Positions 1-12,421 of a DNA stretch of 20,000 nt are shown here, one piece after another. The position numbers were made by a program, and so were the translations under genes. The DNA lies in contig KZ538392.1 of assembly GCA_000934665.2 (NCBI GenBank), positions 55,502 to 75,501 on the forward strand, read 5' to 3'. Under the pieces are notes generated by a model. That model was given only the letters and a program-made list of their open reading frames with translations. It searched no databases and had not been told where the DNA came from. Within the stretch, counting starts at the first letter, position 1, and each line of letters begins with the position of its first letter. Source of the DNA: Catajapyx aquilonaris (Eukaryota).

Positions 1-1029
1 TGAGTAAATTTGCGCACTACTCTCTCTCTCTCGCCTGCACTAGCCATGTAAAAGTTTCAAAAGGTTGCCGGGACAAAGCTCTGACACACTTCGCGGCAGT
101 AATTCATAGAACAGTTCCAGCCTAACAAAGCACCATATATAGCGCATGGGACGTGTTGCACAAAAGTGTTTCACATTATGTGGACCCCCCCCCCCCCAAT
201 GAGTGTACACAATGCGTATAAACCGACCTCACAGGTCGTCAGCAAATGAGTGACAACTGCCAACGGATCAACCGCAAACTACGCGCCAACGTTTGATATG
301 TCAACTACATGCAAAAATTATTATAGTGAAAATAGCGCGGCGCGAAAATATGTGCTAGCAAGTGGTAAGGGCAATGAAATTTCGCCTTACTTTGCTAACG
401 TCAAGTCGGAACCGTGTTGGCCCTACATTATTTACACACTGCAGTCGAGAGGCAGGAGTCGTGAAAAATTAGCCTAATATTCACAACGACTAATTCACAA
501 AGTAAAAGGACATGGCCGAAAGCTCGGCCGAAAGCCTCTTGGAATGAGATACTCCTGTAAATGCTTTTTCAGATGTTACAAGCGTTTTTATACGTTAAAA
601 AAACACGAGAGCTTTTTCTGCTAGGAAAAAAATCTACGAATACGCCCGAATACGCCCATTTGCCTCAAGTTACTGACAGTTTCATAAATATTCCCACTGG
701 AATATATTACAAAATATTCAACTTGTACAAATTGGCGGTCCTCAGATATGACTTCTCATAATGTTCTGCAAATGCCCAACCGTCGGAATCATCCCAGAAG
801 GGACATTGCTTGAGTTCATCCTCCCGGATTAATCTCAATTGCGAATTAAATAGTCCTAGTTAACTTCTGCCAGAAATGTCTTTAGATTACATGGTGCACA
901 GCTGAATGTTAATTAGCATCAATGTGTTCTATCATTGTGTTGGTTCTCAAAAAATTACTTCTGAAGGAATCCAAAATATGTTCTTTGACGTTAGGCTTAT
1001 TGTGTAAATATTTTATTTATATTTATTTA

Positions 1030-1244
1030 AGGTGAAGTGGGGTAAGTGCACACACGGGGTCAGTGCATATATTGTGCCGCCATATTGGAATGAAAATGGC
1101 TGACGAGACCAAAACGCGTCAGGCACTCTTTTGTGTAGCTGCACATAACATCCCCCGCGTTTTGGTGTCGTCAGCCATTTTCATTCCAATATGGCGGCAC
1201 AATATATGCACTTACCCCGTGTATGCACTTACCCCACTTCACCT
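1030..1244. mobile_element. Foldback MITE with TA target-site duplication (Tc1/mariner-pogo superfamily-like)
   Basis: The 89-bp inverted arms at 1030-1118 and 1156-1244 have 3 mismatches and a 37-nt spacer. TA lies at 1028-1029 and 1245-1246. The termini are AGGTGAAGTGGGGTAAGTGCA...TGCACTTACCCCACTTCACCT. Each arm has two copies of GGGGT(A/C)AGTGCA. Confidence 0.85.
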
Positions 1245-3049
1245 TATATAAGTTATATAATTATATATATCCAACTGCACCTCACAGCAGTTTTATCCTG
1301 ACTCTCTAGTCAGCCACTGGCAATCCGTGAGCCACCTCTGTCCGCCTGGACAGTCGAACTCCCAGGATATAACCCCACCCTGAAAGAACAAAGGTGTCGT
1401 AAACCAATATGATGGAATCATGACCCCAACAATGACTACTACAAACGGCTGGCCCCGCTGATCGTTTGCAGCCATATTAACATTATGGAACCCCTTTCCT
1501 ACACCCCTCCCCCTCAGGCTTCGGCATCTCTGGAAGAGCCGCCTCCCCAAGTTACGATGCCCGGTTCATAATTCCACCCGCGTCCCCTGAGCGTTCACCG
1601 GAAAATATGGTCACCCTCGACTTGCACCGAATAATTCCAACCCCACCACCCCCGATTACGCCGTTACTGCAATGACAATGCAGCCAGGTCACAAACAAGG
1701 TGCCGCATCTTCAGACGACATTCCACCACATTGGTCCGCAAGAACCCCACCTTCTGGAGGCCTAGAATGAAAAGCGAGATCGCCGTGTCGATTCGGGCAG
1801 ATGCACCCTAAGTAAATGGAACTCCTCCGTCCCCCGATAGTGTCACTGTGAGCTCACCTCCTGCCAAGCCCCCTCCAGTTATAAATCCGATAGTTCCCGG
1901 TGGGGAACCTTACAAATCCACAGGCTGACAAAATGAATCCTGCCATGAGACACACACACAGTCGCTGATTATTTTGAACCGATTTCAGCCCAATTCGTAG
2001 GAAGAGTGGGCAAGGTCGATGTGCAAGGCTAATTAGAGGAGGGGGGGGAGGCTGCATTGCGCTCAATTAGCATGCACATGTAATTAACTTGGCGTGCCAA
2101 ATGATCGCTGGCCAAACGCATGCAAGTTTGGTCGTAGTCCTGACTCACAATTAGTACCTCTGGCCCAACAGCCACAATAGAGACGTTGTTAGAAATCAGC
2201 CCCCCCCCCCTTTTTCCCCCTCCCTTCTCTAACTACACCCTGTCCTTATCCTCCATGCCAAAGACCATGGTTTATTACTTTCTGCGCCCATTTTTATCGC
2301 CAATTAAGCACACATCGATCAATATTTACTCAAAAAGGGTTGATTGCTGACGTCGTGCTTTAACGCAGGACATGACCTATAGGATTGAGTAAGACCCATC
2401 ATAGAGCGACTGACCTCTTAAGTTCAGACTGCGCACTTTCGTGCCAAACTCCATACTGTTCGGGAACCTGTTCGAGTGGCGTGCCAATTTGTAAAATACG
2501 CCGGCATCAATCACGGTGAAATTACAAGCAATTACTGGGAATTTATGCTCTGGAATGTGTTTCCACTGTGGGGGGATCGTGTTTTCGTCAATAGCAGCCG
2601 TCCGGTAAACGTAATTAGAAATGTAACAGTGCAAAATTTCTCGATAAAGCTGAAGTATGCCCTGTGATTTTGGGGCTCAATCAACCGGGAACCTGACTGC
2701 ACGTGGGTAAACACCTTTTTTTATCCAACTCTCTAGCCCGCTTCTTCCTGCGGTTATTTTGGGCTGAAACGTTATCCCTAATGCTCCTTTGACATCGCTG
2801 GTCTCTTTTCAGCCAGGCCTGCATGGCGTGGTACTGCACCGTTGACTGTTTCAACAAAATTGTTCAGCGAATATCTAACCACATAATTGGGCTCAGTTTC
2901 TACCTGATTGAATGCAACCAAGCTATTCAAGCTTTGGAACATCAGGATTGCAGCATGCCATAATGCATGCTGCGATGGCATTTAATCTATTTTTAAAATG
3001 CTACCTGAAGTTTAAAATATCCGTTTTTTTTTTGTTTTTTTTGGAACAT

Positions 3050-3112
3050 GGGAGGTGGATCAGTAACGAACGCGCTCGGGGATAAAAAGGTCGTGGGTTC
3101 GATCCCAATCCC
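3050..3112 (+). mobile_element. Degenerate tRNA-derived SINE head (different family)
   Basis: An A-box-like TGGATCAGTAA (3056-3066) and AAGGTCGTGGGTTCGATCCC with a canonical B-box (3096-3106) lie at Pol III-like spacing. It does not fold as a tRNA. Confidence 0.45.
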
Positions 3113-6100
3113 GGAATTTACTTTCTCATTCGTGCGGCATCAGAGTATCTCCGGCTTGGTCTTGGGTGGAAAATTCCCAATAGCTTCAAATCACCCATCC
3201 TTGGTGGTAACCATCGCCAAAAGCACCTTTAAGAAATGTCATCTCTCAGTAGCGTGCACTATATCATATTTTAAAATTATTTTGTTCAGTAATCCCCCCC
3301 CCCCACCCAACAGGATGACACAAGCACAATTTTCTTGAATATTACCTACCTCTGCTGGCCCCAAAATGCCGCAGTTTCCAACACCCTGCAGCAGCAAATA
3401 TTTTGTAACCATACTGCCTACACTTAAGGCGTCTTGAGGCGTTTGTAATCGCGGCTTTCCTAGCCCAAAAAGCAAGATCCCTTGGGTTAATTGCACCGGA
3501 GCAAGCATCTTTCCCGACGCAATTGTGCGGATTATTGTCGACATCAAGATCGCAAGAACAGACAGTAATAGCGCTACACGCGACCATAACGAAGCCCCGT
3601 TCCCTAATGTCTACTGTCGTTTTACGGCCGATTGTCGTCCCGTAAACATGAATCGGGCGTGGAAAAGATGATACCATCAAAAAGCCCAAGTCGACTCGTG
3701 GATGCCAGTAGTCGTATCGGTAAAAGAGCTTAATTAACTGGTCGCAACGAGGTCTTCACATTGTCTAAACACTTTGACAACATCCTCACTTAAAGCCTCT
3801 TATTAGATTAACCTGTTCCATTAGTAATATTCCGTTAAATACGGGGAGGACGGCTGAATTATTCATTTACCGATAGCGGCTAATCAAGCCGGCTGCGCAG
3901 GTATTATCACAGACATAAATTACACATGACTCGGCGAAGGCAATGAATTGAAGGCGGGCGCCGCTGCTCGTCTTAGCCCGGCAAAAAAGCCGGAAAAAAA
4001 ATCATGATCCTGAGCACCGGCTGCCTGCCTGACGTCCACATTTTATGGCCAACATGGTAACGCAAGACGGCTGCTAGCTTGCCTAGCCATTAAAATAACA
4101 TTACAGGGACTGCCTGGATCCACTTACGACATAGCCCGCATGTATTAAGGCACGAGTACGGGCTCTTGACAAGGAGCCTTTTTGACTGCCACCGACCAAG
4201 TGGTGGGGACACTACACGACAGTGTCTTCATTATCCATCCAGAGTGAATTCTTTGGATCAAATTGTCCTGGGGAACGCATCACCGTGATGAAGTGCTCGT
4301 AAGGTACCTGGAGAGCTTTAGCACGGCCCATTCTGCAGTTACATAATACATCTGTCTCACGCGAAACCTGCGCCCATAAGGCGGCATAAAGCCCTAAAGC
4401 CATCCATTTAATTTTAATGTTGGGAAAAAATTAAAATGCAGTACTCCCCCCAAAAATTATTTAAAACACCCAAAATGCATAACAGAGAGCAATGTAATTC
4501 AGAAATGTAGATGAACAGCAGATACCCTAAAGCAGTGCATGAAACCAAGCTGCAACAGCACTGAAAGGTGTAGAAATAACGTTTCTGAGAGAAAGAGGAT
4601 TGTGGTTTGAGAGAGGGAATTTATAACAGACCTCAAGAAAGATTATATGGTCGACGTTAACTGATAAGAGCCGACGCAGACTGGATAAGCTGTGTATCCT
4701 TTGTAGCAGTCACATTATTAATGCCAGGTAAACACCTGATCACGTTGGTCGTGTGAATTTCACCGGATATAAATGCAAAAAAAATGTTAATTATATACAG
4801 CAGGTAGGCTACAAATTACCCTTATCCTCTCGGCAAAAAGTGAAGCGGTGGTCAGGTGTAGTCTATGTTTTTGTAAATTCAGTGCAGCCGAGTCCTTGAT
4901 ATGGGTAGAGGGCAAGGAAAATAATGACCAGTCAGCCTATATTTATTCGCAACCACGTCCGAGTATACAGCTGACGGCTCACTTTCATCTGAATTGCTCT
5001 TGTAACAAGTATGAATCGCTGATTAATTCCAAATCACGCACAGTACAAGCAACCTCATCATTTATATTTCTCCACGCAGGCATATCAATTCCATAATATA
5101 AGTAACACCCTTTTGCAGTCCTTGTGTCAGTGCCGGCGTTGACACTGTAGCATGATCAGTAATACGAAGGAGCTACAAAGCAAAAGAAAAACATTTCTAT
5201 AAAATTATGTTGGTTCCTTTCAGCCCACTAATTAGCAGTAGATGCTATCAACATATTTTTAAAAAATGCATATAATTAGGATTCCGGTAAGTACGAAGGG
5301 CCCTATATTTTTGTGCATTTTTATTTTACAAATATTTCCCCATTTCAGAATGAAGGCCTTCTACATGCCCCGCATTTTAAACTTAAATATTGCAAGCTGT
5401 TTCGCACCCACACCTGTTTCCTCCAGGCCCGATGAAAATACTGCTTTTGTGATCAGAAAAGAACAGGCGCATCAGTGAATAACTGTCTGGTCAGGAAGCC
5501 CCCTAACACCATGTGCACTTACCAAAAAAGGCTGGAGGAAAAAAAAAAAAACATGCTTCCGTCCTGGGCCTAGCACGCACCATAGTGGTGGAGGATGGCG
5601 CATACGTTAGGATATTCGCCTCATTATCCTGACATTGTCGGCCTCCCTACTCTCAGCGTCGTGGTAAATGGGGCCTTGCCAGGAGTGGGCAGTAAATTCC
5701 CCCCAATAAGCAATCAAGGCTTGCCCAATTCTCCGGTTCCTTTTGCAACGCCCTCCCCCTCTACCTCAACCCCCATCCACCACTTCCCTCAAGACTCCGG
5801 AGAGAACATTGTGCCTGCCCTCAATACACTCCCCATAATTTCCGCTCCCCACTTCCATCCTCCTCCCTCCTCAACGGGGATTTCCGACTTTCCATGTGAA
5901 CAGACGGAAATGCTTGTAAGGTTGTAAAACAGGGCGTTAATTAAACCGGGCTCCTGGCTTCACCATAGGGGGGCCAAGTTGAGCAAATTGCCCTCCTAAA
6001 GAATCCCTCCCGCCAAAAAACACACTTCATGAGGGCTTCAAAACAGCAACTTACCCAACCACACAGTATATTTACTGGATTACAGCAATCTGTGGAATTC

Positions 6101-8820
6101 GTTAAGCATGACAATGAGCAACGTAATAACCTAAGTAATGTTATGGCTATACTAGGGTCTAGTTTCACTACTAGGTCCAGAGGAAGGGGAGAGGTCACGT
6201 TTAGGACTTTGGAGACTAGAATTTCATCTAGTTTTGGTACCTAAATTGCAGTTTTATGGATTTCCAGGTGCATCTGACCACTTGAAAATGTAGGGTTCAA
6301 TCAACATTTATTTCGGTATATTACATATATACGCAGGTGAAGCTCACCAAACAGCTTCACACTTGGTCCACGATCGTGCTGTCAAAAGAATAAACACACT
6401 ACTCTTTTTCGCCAGACAGTCACCCATTTGCTGTGCTATTTTAGTACAAGTAGCTCCTACTTATTTTATAACTTCCGACAGGATGCTTTTGTAAAACCCC
6501 AGCTTTAAACAGAAATAGGTGTAGCTCTTATAGGATCTATTTCATACTGGCCACTCTGAATGCAAGTGTACACCGACATTATGGCCTCAAATTTTCATCT
6601 CCCATATAAATGGCAGGATTATTTAAACATGTATTCGTCATAGTAACAAAAATATTTGCATCATTCTCGTGTTAATGACATTTGATAGAGTCAACCTCAA
6701 AAACCCGGTCAGTAGCTATAGTCATGTTGTTGAATCGAGCTCGAAAAATATTTCATAAAAACTGGATAAAAATTTGTTTTAAAAACCTTCAAATAATGTT
6801 TTCGTGTACGCTCATTACCCGATATAGGTGCACGGTGCGAAGCTATAGCTAACAATTCTCTATACTATGCTCATCGGTATTTTTACTTTATAAACCTGGC
6901 ACGTAACCAGACTCGAGATTAAGGTACATACTGGCCTTTAACCCTTAACCTACAGAAAATTACAAGTCGCCACAATGTAAAGTTCCCTCCCATAACAATC
7001 CCAGACGCGGCTTGGCCCCGACCACCAGCAACGTGCACCCCTAGAAATTGTCATCAAGCCAGCCCAACCAGCATACACTGTATACTTTTGACACTATCAT
7101 CCAGATGGAGTTGGCAAGCCCACAACAACGTCGCCATGAATGAAAACAACTTGCAAAACTCGATTTCGGCTAGAAATATTACACTGACCGCTTACAAGTT
7201 AAACCCTATTGCTATAGTAACCCCAAACGCTGGCGGCTTGCCTGTTGTCATCTGGGGAAAAAATTGGACCACGACTCGTAGGCTATACAAATTCCATTGC
7301 ACTGCAGTTCAAAATGCGGGCCAAATCCCGGAGCATACACCGAACGTGCCTTCCGGGGCCGAAAGCTTAATGTGCACGTTGTATTGGAATGACAGACAGC
7401 GCAATACTCAATGGGGGGAAACATCATATCATATTGTCCTTTTCGTCTAGCTGAGCCCGACAATAGCATTATTCCACCAAAGTGGCTAACACTCATTACC
7501 AGACCAATTATTTAGTGGGGGGAAAATGTAGAGGCCGGCTTCCAGTGTAGCATCAAAACAGTAATTAGTGTTCGGGAAGCAGGGGGAAAAATGGCTGCGT
7601 GTATGTGGTGGATGAATGATGGTCAACACATCGACAGGCGAAAAAGCGATTGATAAACTTCCCAAAACAAACTTCTCCTTCCCCCCAAACTACATATCTA
7701 ATAGAGCCATTGTCGCCTCTAATTGCGCCGTAATATTTGCCTAACTACTTTTCCGACCACATTTTCTTTTTGATGTCATGAAGTTAACCTGAGTGCCTGA
7801 CATCAATACACAACGGACCCAGAATTGTTGCAGTACACCAATCTCCAGATTTTTAATCCGCTCCAGCCCCAAAGCGTCGCTTCAGATTCAAAACAATGTC
7901 GGTGGGATAATGATTTTAGTAACAAAACCCTGCACGGTACCATGCACTCTTTAGAAATGCCTCATTATAGCCTGGATCAACTGGCGCGACAAAACATGCA
8001 CCACGTCTTCGCATTAATGACATGAACAGGGTGGGTCAACAATTCACATCATAACAATACCAAAAGACGTAAACTGAAGGGCGCTACAAATCCAGCTATG
8101 CAAATCAATGCGACTATCCCCATCCCCNCCCCAAATCTAAAAAAATTAGGTCGCATTGACCTAGACCACCGGAGAAAAGCAGCAGCCTCGCACACCACCC
8201 TAGAGGGCGTTTCCCCCAGGGCAATGATCGAAATCGATGGGGAGTGCTAGAGGAGACACAAAACACCCGGCCCTCCCCTACTACCTCCTCTCCCCACCCA
8301 TAAAAAAACCTGTCGGTTAGTTGGTAATCCTCCGGAGAAGGACTTGGCGGCCGTAATTACAACAACGCCATGCCGCTTTTGCCACGCTGCCTAATATTAA
8401 TTCCCGAGTATTTTGTACTTGCCGGCAGCAGCAGCAGCGGCGCCGGAATTTGCATGCAAATTTCGGCGTCCCTCCCCCTCCCACCCCACCCATGCCCTCC
8501 CTACCCTCCTCCCCCTACTAACTCGGCTAAATATCGACTCGGTCCCATCACCACTCTCTCTCTGCTTCTCGGGCTATCACCTGCTTTGAAACACACACTC
8601 ATCTTAGCCAAACCTACTTTTCCAGACTTTCTCCCTCCCAGACGCAATCCCGCGACACGAGATGCCCATAAAATGGTGACTGCATCGTTTGCTTAACCCT
8701 GCTCAGTCGATTCCCCGGTACCTCCGCAGTACACTGGAAATCGCATTGTTTGCTAGTCTCACGCTTGATTTCCACGCCCCTTGCGTTGTTCCTAGCAGAC
8801 GAAGTGGGAGGAAATGTAGG

Positions 8821-8860
8821 CGATTTTTTTATTATCGATTCTATCGATTATTATCGATTC
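8821..8860. repeat. Short tandem array of TATCGATT motifs
   Basis: cgattttttttatTATCGATTcTATCGATTatTATCGATTc. Confidence 0.75.
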
Positions 8861-9130
8861 TTAACTGGAATGGACCAATGGTCTGCATGAATGACTTTAA
8901 AAATTGAGTCAGCAAACATAAGGTAGGGCCTACAGATGTCCACCAATAAGTTCACTGCTGCTATTTGGCATTTAAAATAAATGTTAGGTACAGACACCAT
9001 AATGACCATATCCCGAGACAACAGAGTAAGAAGTGTCAATTTACCGATATTACCACATGGCCTTGCTGCTATGCGCCATTCATTTTGTTCAAACTAGAAG
9101 AGGAGAGGCTTTTTGAAAACAAACAATACT

Positions 9131-9173
9131 CGGATCGAACCCAGGACCTTCCGAATGGCCTAACATAGAGCTA
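9131..9173 (-). mobile_element. Degenerate tRNA-derived SINE head remnant
   Basis: The minus strand reads TAGCTCTATGTTAGG-CCATTCGG-AAGGTCCTGGGTTCGATCCG: an A-box-like motif plus a canonical B-box, with a shortened spacer. Confidence 0.4.
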
Positions 9174-9316
9174 AACAAATCAATTCCTGCTATCAGAGCT
9201 CTACAGCTGGGGCTGCCATATTAATACTCATTAATGCACAACTAAATGGCTCTTCTTTCCAGTGGCTGTGACGAAGAGGAGGCTCGCAGCCAGCGAAACA
9301 AAAACGGGGCTGCCGC

Positions 9317-9334
9317 GTGTGTGTGTGTGTGTGT
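9317..9334. repeat. (GT)n microsatellite
   Basis: gtgtgtgtgtgtgtgtgt is directly visible. Confidence 0.9.
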
Positions 9335-9771
9335 TTTTTGTGATGTCCAGTGATGAAACTCCCATGAATAGTCCGTTTTTGATATGCTGGTTAACTACCG
9401 GGTACAGAGCATTAACCTGAAGGCTCAGCGTATACCGCAACACATAATCGCCCGAAGTGCATCGTACAGTATGGCCCTGTGCACTCCGAGTGGGAATCCA
9501 ACTTTGCATGTGCCGCCAGTCCAGCACACTGTACGGCCGATTTTGTTTCAATATTTCAAAATCTGTGTCCAGATCAAAAGACAAGCCCTTCGGGCGACCG
9601 ATGCTGGCAGCGGCATTTTGCGGTGGTGTTGTCGGTTTGTCCGAATCTGACGCCATTAATTCTGGCGACTGGCTGTATAGTTTCAGAGCCAGAAGGGTCT
9701 TGCCGTATAATGCAGGATTGGCTTGGTATATCATACTGAACTGTTATTGCGTGCATTTCTTAATATGAACG

Positions 9772-10232
9772 TTTTAGACTTTTTCGAAGAAAATAGTCTT
9801 ATAGAACGGCTCTGTATATCTGTCTGTCTGTCTGTCTGTCTGTGGACAGGTATCAGACAGCCATGCTGGAAGACGTTTTTTCGAGCCCCCTGGCTGCTGC
9901 CCCTCCCCTACCCCCCCCCCTCTCCCGCCCATTCCCCCATACCAGACAGACAGAGCCGTGCTATAAGACTTTTTTTTCTATTTTCGGGTTCCGGGTTCAC
10001 TCTATCCGCCCCTTCCCCATGGTTGATCCCTCCTCCCACCACCCCCTTCCCCTGACCGCCCACGCCCATTCTCCCGAGACCGTCCCTTTTCCCCTGACCT
10101 GCCAGTCCCCCACCGCCCCCTCCTCCAGATCACCCTTTCCCCCATCCCAGTCCTGTGACTGACGTTGGGGACAATGGCAGTAAATATGAAAAGTCTACTC
10201 TAATCACGCTCACGTCATTTGCCAATATTGTT
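9772..10232 (+). mobile_element. DINE-1/HINE-like non-autonomous Helentron-type element
   Basis: The 5' end has TTTT plus subTIR TAGACTTTTTC (9775-9785), followed by its near-inverted copy GAAAATAGTCT (9789-9799). Next come (TCTG)6 at 9819-9842 and degenerate C-rich internal repeats at ~10005-10150. The 3' end has subTIR GAAAAGTCTA (10188-10197), a hairpin AATCACG-ctca-CGTCATT (10202-10219, 1 mismatch) and a TTGTT end at ~10232. Confidence 0.7.
9819..9843. repeat. (TCTG)6 microsatellite within the HINE-like element
   Basis: Directly visible. Confidence 0.95.
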
Positions 10233-11125
10233 TGCATAACGCCCGGGCCCCCAAGCCAGATGGAAAAGGAGGTCCAACACTGTCGACACCGCCATTTTAG
10301 TGAGTTCCCCTGGGTGGTTAGTCTAGCGGAAATCCCACCCGAGACGGTCCATGGTCGTTGAGACCCCAGAGTACTGCAAATATTATGATGCATGTATTCC
10401 AATGATGTCTACTTGCTGGTTCATTTAATTTCAACTCATGCCCTGAATTCAATCTAATATAAGGAGCAATATTTTTTGCCTTCCCCTAGAAATGTCACCC
10501 ATAAAAAGCAGCTTAGTGCCAATATTCTGGTAGCGCAACCGAATGGGCCAATTCTGTCGGAACAACTAATACAAAGTGGTTTCCACTGTACAAGGGTCAT
10601 TCGCTCTCATTCAACTAGACGCCATTGCTAAGTATCCATCCTGATGAGCCAAAAAAAGTATCTTCGTGCCATGCCTCCCATTTAAAAAAAAAATGTGGAT
10701 AGATCTTGCAGCATCTCCCTTTTAATACCATCTCTCCTCTTTGTTAGTGGTCAGAAGGCATGCACTTCTCTCCAGGGAGGCACACGATCACCTCGCCCAC
10801 TTCCCGTCTGCTTCCTGCCGCTATTTCCGCTCACCAAACACCAAAACCAAATCCCCCCCACCCCCCTAGCGTCTCTCTCTTGGATTTCTCAGGCCTCACA
10901 CGCGCCGCTTCACGGCTTTCAAATGGGCTTTTCATGGCTAGCGTTTTCAAAGAAAGCTGCCAGGTCTTAGTCAGCCATGTTTCGGAAGGCAGTTTGGGTC
11001 CAGCGATTTTCAGTGCATTTCTTCCATCTAGGTCTACGTGACCTCGGACCGGTCTTTGCCGTGGTTGCTGGAAAAAAAAAGGAGGCTTCGAACAACAACC
11101 TATATGAGTGCTATTTTTTCAGGTA

Positions 11126-11162
11126 CGGGGGGGGGGGGGGGGGGTCNGGGGGGGGGGGGGGG
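11126..11162. repeat. Poly-G tract containing an ambiguous base
   Basis: Two long G runs separated by tcn. Confidence 0.9.
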
Positions 11163-12397
11163 CTACCTAGATTATCGCCGGGTTTCACATCGGCTGCTAC
11201 TATAACAGGAGCCAAATGACGCATTAGTGGATAACTAATTAAGCCCCTATGATTGCCTATTAGCATAAAAATTGAAACACCACGCTGGACTACCCAGACC
11301 TGTTTCATAATGGAATTCACTGAATTTGGCTCAACGTGTGATGGATGCAGAATAAAATATGTAAGCCTACATTAATAACATTACCTGAAAACACGACCGC
11401 ACTCACAGAGAGGGGGGGGGGGGCATGTTGTTGGCTAACTCTGAGCAGTAAGTACTTGACAGCCCTGCAAATATGCCTACTCCTCTTCGCACATCAAACT
11501 GCATTACTTCCGGATTAACATCATATCCGCCTTCTCCCGGGCTATAAATTATTTCTATTGCACTGTACAGATCACACGATATGCCGCCCTCTACCATCTA
11601 TATTGCTCATTATTTTTTAAGTAGCTACTACGGCGCCGTCAGAGGCTAATCTCTCCTCTTGAAACTTTACTCTGCTGACAACGCCTAAATCAGCATTCTG
11701 AAATATCGGCATAGCCCTATAGGTAATAAATATCCAGCGAGTTTCACCTGAAATGTTCATAGTACTAAGCTGCACATTATTCAGTAGTTACTTTAGCGGT
11801 TACAAATATTAACTGTTTGTATTAGGCTAAATTTATTCAGGCCCTCAGTACGATCAATATCCCAGATTAACATATTTAGTGACCCCGTTTGGCCCCCAAG
11901 CATCTGAGGTCAATGACTCTGCAGTGTAGAACCGGTCTCCGCCGCAAGGTTTAATATTTATCCATTCGACGTAATATTATAAACTAATATTCTGATAGCT
12001 GCTTAAAAACAAGCACCTTACAATGACAAACTCGCTAACCACTCGGAACACATTGTATGAATAAATGGTACCCAATAAGTCTGATATTAAGCATCAAAAA
12101 CTCCCTAGAGAGGACCCCCTGCTCTATACAGGCTGTGTATCCTCACTGTGCACCACGAATGGCCGGGCCAACCGGCACTTGTCTGGCTGGAACCGAGTTC
12201 CATTTAGCTGGCACACATCCAACCCCCATCCCCACATATTGTTCCTTCCCCACTTGTACATCACGGCACAATACCCCCCGCATGCATTGGCCACTACAAC
12301 AGTCTAACTGGTGGCAGCAATACTGCATAATGTATGCCGGGAAAATGGTGATGTATGGCACAAGAGAAAGTTCCTTTGCTCCACAGCTGCCATCCGA

Positions 12398-12421
12398 ACA
12401 CACCCACACACACACACACAC
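12398..12421. repeat. Interrupted (AC)n microsatellite
   Basis: acacacccacacacacacacacac is directly visible. Confidence 0.9.

Noticed and set aside
514..535. GGCCGAAAGC direct repeat and scattered CTGANGA motifs (e.g. 1100, 10641) as hammerhead ribozymes
   Set aside because: I found no CTGANGA-stem II-GAAA arrangement with closing stems on either strand.
2950..2973. 9-bp hairpin GCAGCATGC-cataat-GCATGCTGC (a similar short hairpin lies at ~17054-17071)
   Set aside because: It is isolated, with no properly spaced CTRR end or subTIR to support a Helitron terminus.
4162..4184. Hairpin GGCTC..GAGCC followed by a T-run, resembling a rho-independent terminator
   Set aside because: The context is eukaryotic and intronic with no upstream gene, and a short stem like this is expected by chance.
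6938..6953. TTAACCCTTAACCTAC as a piggyBac end or telomeric repeat
   Set aside because: There is no matching opposite end, and there are only two imperfect units.
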